Below are positions 56,793 through 64,000 of a stretch of DNA of 64,000 nucleotides, in pieces. How positions within the stretch are numbered: the first letter of the stretch is position 1; each line of letters begins with the position of its first letter. Source of the DNA: the human T2T-CHM13v2.0 reference genome, Homo sapiens. Below the pieces are notes generated by a model. It did not search any database. It had not been told where the DNA came from and worked only from the letters and a program-made list of their open reading frames with translations. The stretch lies in assembly GCF_009914755.1 (NCBI RefSeq), contig NC_060937.1. One strand, 5' to 3'. The position numbers and the translations under genes were made by a program.

Positions 56793-57701
56793 CATATCTA
56801 CCCATTTTTAATGCAGATTTGGATTTCAGTGCAAGTATGGATTCTTTGGGCTCTGTCTTTCAGAGCTCTGTTAGGAAGCTTTTTCATCACATAGGCCACC
56901 ATGTAAGCTTTGTATTCAGTCCTTTGAAGTTTGTACAAAGCACTTTGGTCTTTGTTTCTGTATCTGTTTTTTGGAGGGATTATTGATTTGATTCTAAAGA
57001 ATTCTATTTTATTGCAATTTAAAGATAACAGGTTAGTAAGAAGTATAATTATGAGTATCAATACAATTTGAGTTGAAATTGGACATATTTGAAGTAGGTT
57101 AATGCAATTTAATTGTTCTCTGACATTGTATGAGTATTGTCTCCTGAGCTTTTATCATTTCAGGCTTTTTATTGCTAATTTACATTTCTATAGGTTAAAT
57201 AAATGTATTTAACCAGAATTTGAGAGCATCTGTTTGCCATGTACTGTGCGAGGCATTTTTAATCAAATATTTTTATGTGCTTGCCAAGTGGTAGACCCTG
57301 TCTTAAGGCAGTTGGAATATAGCAGTGAACAAAATCACAAAAGTCCTTTTGGATTCAGGTAGAGGAGAGAAAAAAATGCCTATAGTAGATGGTTATAAAT
57401 ACAAAAATAAAGCACGGATGAGAGATTGGGTGTGTCAGGTGGGCTAGTTGCAGTTCTAAATATTGGGGTCCACTGATGGGCCTTGCCATCACATGGCTTA
57501 CAGCCTTGTAATAATTCTTTGTTCACAGAGTTGTTGTTCTTTGATCATAGTGTAGAGTAAGGGCTATCATCATACCCAAGATAGGTATTTTTTTAAACTA
57601 TTAACATTTTATCTGTACCCATTTTTATTGCAGACTTGGGTTTCAATGCAGGTATGGGTTCTTTGTTCTCTTCTCTCTCCCCTCTCCCCTCTTCTCTTCC
57701 T

Positions 57702-57989
57702 TTTCTTGAGAGAGGGTCTCGCTTTGTCACCCAGCCTGGAGTGCAGTGGTGTGGTCATAGGTCACTGCAGCCTTGAATTCCGGCATTCAAGAGATCCTTC
57801 TGCCCTCAGCCTCCCAAGTAGCTGGAACTATAAGCATGTGCTACTGTGCCTAGCTAATTTTTACATTGTTTAAGAGGCAGGGTCTTGCTATGTTTTCCAG
57901 GCTTATTTTAAGCTTCTGGACTCAAGCGATCCTCCCATCTTGGTGTTCCAAAGTGCTGGGATTACAGGAATGAGCCACTGTGCCTGGTC
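57702..57989 (-). mobile_element. AluJ
   Basis: gagagagggtctcgctttgtc...gtcactgcagccttgaa...ggactcaagcgatcctcc. Confidence 0.88.
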
Positions 57990-58976
57990 TGTTTCTTGAT
58001 GAACACTTCACCATTAGAAGGAAATTTCCTTCTAATCTACTGAAACAGAGGGCATTATCCCTACTTTGTCCAGAAGGAAATCAAAGCTTTGAGAGTCAAG
58101 TAAATTACCAAATGAACACAGTGAGACCCAGATCTGACTCCAAAGCGCAGGCACTTAAACATGGTATCAGACCATGTCAACTTTGGACATATTTGTTGTG
58201 GAAAAATTATCCAACTTTGGAGCTAAGGCTGTCTTATATTTCATTCTGAGGTGTCGTGCAGTAAGTAGGCTGGTTCATGGAGTGTGTGTGTGTTACCTGT
58301 GTTACTGTGAGCTTCCCCTTCACCATTGCAGTAGTTCTATTTTAAAGGACTTTGGGTTATGCCCTGTGGCCACATGACAGGCAAAGGAGCTGCTTGGTTA
58401 CCGACTTCCATGCAGTGGAATGCATTTGTATGTGAGAGAGTGAACTCTGTTTACTCCAGCAAATCATTGACTACTTGAATTCCTGGCATTGCATTTCAGA
58501 GATAGGACACTAATTTGGCTGGCCTATGTATCATGTCCAAGAGCATGTTATAAATGCTCATATTTAGAAGGGAATGTAAAGTGAGTAAAAGGTAATAATG
58601 CGAAGGTCACTGCTTATGGTGTTTATCACAGAATAGGACATCCCTTGTATTTCCAATGATTGTTTTATCATGATAAAAAGTGAAAACAAATGAGTATGTT
58701 GGATTAGAAACCTTTTTGAGGACTGTGGAAATGAGGTCAGGGGTTCAAGAGAGCTCTGTTTTTCCTTCTGCCTTGAGTGTGCTTATGATCAAAGTGGGAG
58801 GATGTTCAGCCCAGTGCATTCTTTGTCCTGTGCATTGATGATTCTTTTGTGCTTTGGCTAATTTAATGTTTGACATGTGTATGTTGGTTATTAGTCCAAA
58901 AAAGGGGCTATATGTTTGCAACTCTGCTGTTTTTTGTTGTCAGTTTCTAGTGACTTTTCCCACTTACCACTTCTAA

Positions 58977-59297
<321 letters not shown>

Positions 59298-59389
59298 ATT
59301 GCTGTGGATTTTTATAAGATAATTTTCTTTTTACTCAAGAGTTAAGCTATGGTTTGAGCACATGGGCTGTGGAATTTATTCTACTTGTT

Positions 59390-60015
59390 TACTTTTTTGA
59401 AGGATAATATACAGAAAAGTATACATATTACAAATGTACAACTTAAATACTTTTTGGAAACTGAGCACACCTGAGTAGCCAGCTTCCAGATCGAAGCACA
59501 AACAATTGTCATCCTAGTGCCCCATCCTCTTCTAATCTCTTCTGTCATTCTCTTCCCACAAGGGTAACCACTACCCTGACTTCTAACAGCATTTTTTTAT
59601 TCAGCCTGTCTTTGTACTTTATATGAATGGAATAATACAGCCTGTACTCTTTTGCTTTTGGCTTCTTTTTCTTTCCATTATTTGAGAGGTTGAACTTGTG
59701 GTTGAATATAGTTGAAGGTTATTTTCATTGCCATATGATATTTCATTACGTGGATATGCCATAATTTATCCATTATAATGTTAAGGACATCTACGCTGCT
59801 TCTAGTTTTTGTTGCGATGAATAGTGCTGTGATAAACATTCTTGTATATAACTTTTTGTTAACATATATAAGCGTTTATGTTGGATGTATACCTAGGAAT
59901 GGAATTATTAGGTCATAGAATATCAATGTATTTAGCTTGAATAGATATTACCAAGTGACTTAAGAGTTTAAGTAGTTGTACCAATTTACATTTCCATCAG
60001 TAGTGTGAGAGTTCA
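59390..60015 (-). mobile_element. Old L1M (MC/ME-like) 3' region
   Basis: agggtaaccactaccctgacttctaac...tatacctaggaatggaatt...ttgtaccaatttacatttccatcag. Confidence 0.78.
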
Positions 60016-61122
60016 TGAATTTCATTGTTGAGATGTTTTTTTGGGAGGTGGGTAAGAGGTGCATGCTCTTCTTAGGTTCATTTCAGTACAAGTTTGTTTT
60101 CTGGAAAGGAATGGTCTTAGTTGCCTTGTTGATTCTTTGAAAGCTAAGTTAAAAATTAGTCTCTGTGTACTCACATTCTCTTTTTACTTTTTCTCTGTAT
60201 ATATGAATATATATGTGTTTTATGTTGATGTCTTCTACATGCATATATAGATGTGTGTATATTTTATCTTAAAGTATACTACTGTGCTGTTAGACTGGAC
60301 AGGCCAATTAGAAGCTTTCTTAATCAGGCTTCTACAAGTCTCTGAATTCACACCGATCCTGCTTAAGTGTCTCTAATGAGGGGAAGTGCTTTCTTTTTAG
60401 GATGACCCATCCCTTTGTGAAGTAGCATATTGTTGCTTCTTCAACACTGTGGTGCCATCTGCCTCTTTTTAACTTCTCCCATAAGTATCATGCCCTTTCA
60501 TATGTGAGCAAAAAACCCATGATTCTTATAATACAGTGAAGTTTCTTCAGGCAGAGGTTCATGGCTGTTTTTTAAACTGCCACTTTTCAACATTTGCAGG
60601 GTCAAAGTCTCTGAGCAGTTTGCTCTGGGGAACTTGGATGAAAAACCTTATGGATGATGAAAAAAAAACCCCATCAGTGCAAAAAACCCCTCGCTTTTAT
60701 TTTTCATTGTGTTTTTAAGGTTTTTTTCCCCCCATTTCCCAGTTCTTTTTTCATGAACACACTGATCCCCCCTCATTGGGTTTAAACCTTGTTTAAGAAG
60801 GAAATACAAAAAATGCACATAATGTATTTAAAAATTAGACTGAAATGAATAAAATGAAAAAACAGCACTGCTTTTTATAGAAAACTGACAATTATATTAA
60901 TGCATATCAATGAATACAGAAAATCAATGCATTATACTTTTGTCAAATCAATGAATATGGAAAAATTCTTCTGATGGAGATAATATGAGCTCTAAGAGAT
61001 TTGGACTTCCATGTGATATTAATATTCATAGAATTTTAGAATAAAAATGAGTTTTTTTCTAGCTATAATTAATAATTTAAGGTTCACGGATATTACCTAA
61101 TAGATATTTTCTTTCTTTACAG

Positions 61123-61153
61123 GCAAGAAGAGACTGACAGGAGAGTGAAAAAT
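61123..61153 (+). CDS. LMO7: LMO7 31-nt coding microexon, phase 2 to phase 0
   Basis: Acceptor ttttctttctttacag|G and donor AAT|gtaaga. First G completes AAG (Lys) from the previous exon, then QEETDRRVKN, matching LMO7. Confidence 0.95.
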
Positions 61154-61334
61154 GTAAGATACATTTACCTTAATGGAGCATTATAAGTGGCTTTCACTTT
61201 CATGTTCTGTAAGAAGGCAGTGAATCTAAAAGTATACTCTACATCTCTTTTCTAATTAATTTTTTGCTACAAACCAATCAGTTACAAACAGTAAATATGT
61301 TTAAATATATGCATTACAATATATGGTTAGGTTG

Positions 61335-61710
61335 TTCAGCTCCCACTTATAAGGGAGAACGTGTGGTATTTGGTTTTCTGTTCCTGCATTAGTTTGCTGA
61401 GGATAATGGCTTCCAACTCTGACCATGTCCCTGCAAAGGACATGATCTTGTTTCTTTTAATGGCTGCATAGTATTCTAGAGATGAACAATGAGAACGCAT
61501 GGACACAGGGAGGGGAACAACACACATTGGGGCCTGTCAGGTGATGGAGGGAAGGAGAGTCTTAGGTTAAATAGCTAATGCATGTGGGACTTAATAGCCA
61601 GGTGATGCCTTGATAGGGGCAGCAAACCACAATGGCACACGTTTACCTACATAACAAACCTGCACATCCTGCACATATATCCCAGAACTTAAAATAAAAT
61701 TAAATTTAAA
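61335..61710 (+). mobile_element. Short L1PA (~PA7/8) with 5' inversion (twin priming)
   Basis: 61335-61477 antisense L1, 61485-61710 sense 3' end with A tail; degenerate TSD aatatatggttag / aacatattgttag. Confidence 0.9.
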
Positions 61711-62356
61711 AACATATTGTTAGAGTGGTATAAGAGGATAGGTTAGATTTAGGAAGCTGTTTGTTATGTGTTAGCAATACACTAAAGGCAAGTAAACACA
61801 TTTTAAGATTTTTATAGGAGTAAATAGGAAACTACCAATTTAGACTTTAAGGAAAAGCACTGACTGTTTAAGGACTCTGGGTAATTCATCAATGTAGACT
61901 CATATGTCTTACAATATTTTATGGAAATTGCAAGAATATCTAAAAATGTTGCAGCTTTATTAAAAAGTTTAACATCCTTATTAAGGAAGCTGAGAATTAT
62001 TGATGTTTAGGTGATCATTCTGTAAGTTCGATGAAAAAACATTGATTGCTTTAAAAGTTTCATTTGTGTTTTCTCTTATTTTTTTCCCTCTTCGTATATA
62101 CTAGTAGAGTATATGAATGACTACCTTTTGGAGTCTGGACTTTTGGTCTAAGAACTTGCTCAGAGACAGGAAAATTTAGCAAGAAAAGTTAAGATTTTTA
62201 ATGACTTTTACCTTTCCCATAAACTTAAAAGAAAGTCTACTTTTCACTTACAGAGTAATATGTGCTATCATTTATCTACAGTACTCACCTATATTTGAGC
62301 TTGCAATTGGTTGCTAATCGACTGATCTTGTTGTTCATGGATTTTTTTTTTTTAAG

Positions 62357-62470
62357 GTTTTGATAACATTGTACTGGCTGGGAAGAAAAGCACAAAGCAA
62401 CCCGTACTATAATGGTCCCCATCTTAATTTGAAAGCGTTTGAGAATCTTTTAGGACAAGCACTGACGAAG
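62357..62470 (+). CDS. LMO7: LMO7 coding exon (end of CH domain), 114 nt, phase 0 to phase 0
   Basis: Acceptor poly-T-aag|G and donor AAG|gtaagt. Translates VLITLYWLGRKAQSNPYYNGPHLNLKAFENLLGQALTK; overlaps ORF 62360..62566. Confidence 0.97.
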
Positions 62471-63809
62471 GTAAGTAAACTACATCTGTGTGAGATTACT
62501 GCTGTAATACAGTATCACTGCTTTCCCTTCCTCCTCTCTTCTTTTTCTTCTCCTTCTCCTCTATAACAAATATGGCAACTCCGACTCTCTTTGTCCTACT
62601 ATCAATTGGGCTGAGTAAAGAGGAATGTTACTCATTTACTGGCTTTATATGCCACCACCAAGGAGTCAGTTGGGTCTATTCCAGAGCAATTTCCAAGGTA
62701 GAGAAACTTGCTTACCTTTTAATTCTACATAATTTGATGACACATGCATTGGCTTCCTTCCTTACACACTTTATGTAGCTTAAGTATTGCTATACTCATC
62801 GTAAACTCAACCTGTAGTAGAGAGGTGCTTCCTGGACTGTTCACGCGCATGGAATTTACTCAATTTCTTTGTAGTAATATGTTCTTGTCATAGATGATAG
62901 TCTTTAATGCCCACACTTTCATATCCCCACAATTCTACCATGCCGCCTCTGTTTCCTAAAGAGTAGGACATGGTGTTAACTGGAACTTGATGTAAGGTTT
63001 TTAATTTAGAATCTTTTGTTTTATACACATTTCTAGTCATTCATATTTTGCAATCAATGTGACAGCCTTTTGAATGCTTGAGGATCATTTGCAGAGAGCC
63101 AAGTGCCAGGACTGACCGTAGTTCTGCCAAATCTTCATTTATAAGATCCACATGGGAAAAACGAATTTCTCTGGGTAGGGATATTTATTCAGGGAAATTT
63201 GTAGGACTCAGAAGAGCCCTTTTGTGTAGTCACAATGGTGTTTCATCATCTAATTAGTAGTCATTGTTTCATGGGTTTCTCTAATGGTTAAATGATACCA
63301 CACCAGTAAGGCATTTAGCATTAGCCTCTAGCACATTGTAAGGTTGCAATAAATATTAGTTGCTGTGATTGGAAGAAATTTTAGGCCAGGATGAACATGA
63401 TAACCTTGGCTTGCACCTACCCTGATCTTTAAATAATTTTGCCTGAGCCCAGCCACATGTATTATAGCAAGAGGTGGGATTATAGAGCCTAGAAGATACA
63501 GGTATTCCTGTTCACCCCCAAAATGTAAGGAGTCAATAACGCTGTATTCAAATTCCTTGAATAAGTTAATTCAGGAAATAGCTGAGATATTAACATGCAT
63601 ACACATAGTACTAAGTGTTAGGAAAACACTCATGAGAGACTACGTAACCTCATAAAGCACAATTGTCTAAGATAGGTGAGCATATTGGTCACTGCAATGA
63701 AGAATGGTGAGGCTTTAGTGGAGGAATTTCAGGGGGCTTTGAGCACAGGGAGAGCCTTGATTTACAGTTATTTCAGCTAACAAAACTTTTGATTAAAACC
63801 TATGTGGGG

Positions 63810-64000
63810 GGCTGGGCACAGTGGCTCATGCCTGTAATCCCAGCACTTTGGGAGGCTGAGACAGGCGGATCACCTGAAGTTGTGAGTTCGAGACCAGCCT
63901 GACCAACATGGAGAAACCTCATCTCTACTAAAAATACAAAATTAGCTGTGTGTGGTGATACATGCCTGTAATCCCAGCTACTCGGGAGGCCGAGGCAGGA
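63810..64000 (+). mobile_element. AluSp-like, cut by window end
   Basis: gcctgaccaacatggagaaacc diagnostic. Confidence 0.9.

Noticed and set aside
58734-58747. Nuclear-receptor DR2-like AGGTCA-gg-GGTTCA
   Set aside because: Single short motif resembling the ubiquitous Alu DR2; no supporting context.

Overview
AT-rich hominoid (human or great-ape) genomic DNA. It is almost entirely intronic sequence of LMO7 (LIM domain only 7), transcribed on the + strand. Three GT-AG exons splice in frame: 26541-26647, a 31-nt microexon at 61123-61153, and 62357-62470. Together they encode the C-terminal half of the LMO7 calponin-homology domain ([84 protein letters not shown]). A probable internal promoter/alternative first exon lies just upstream of the first of these exons. 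The rest is typical primate repeat content: Alu, L1PA/PB/M, L2, MIR, MaLR/MLT2/THE1 LTRs, a MER11 LTR, MER20/MER5 DNA transposons and microsatellites. Nearly all ORFs in the supplied track are Alu/L1/microsatellite artefacts. I see no prokaryote-type system (no CRISPR, operon or RNA gene) and cannot claim a new biological system. The most unusual signals are: (1) at least five short non-tandem local duplications 0.9-4.6 kb apart, one a patchwork of inverted, fold-back and direct pieces typical of templated insertions; (2) a 93-nt pre-miRNA-sized hairpin; (3) a minisatellite made of palindromic units; (4) a 45-aa hydrophobic-tailed upstream ORF in the putative alternative 5' leader. Repeat subfamily calls are by-eye recognition, and their boundaries are approximate unless a target-site duplication (TSD) is quoted.
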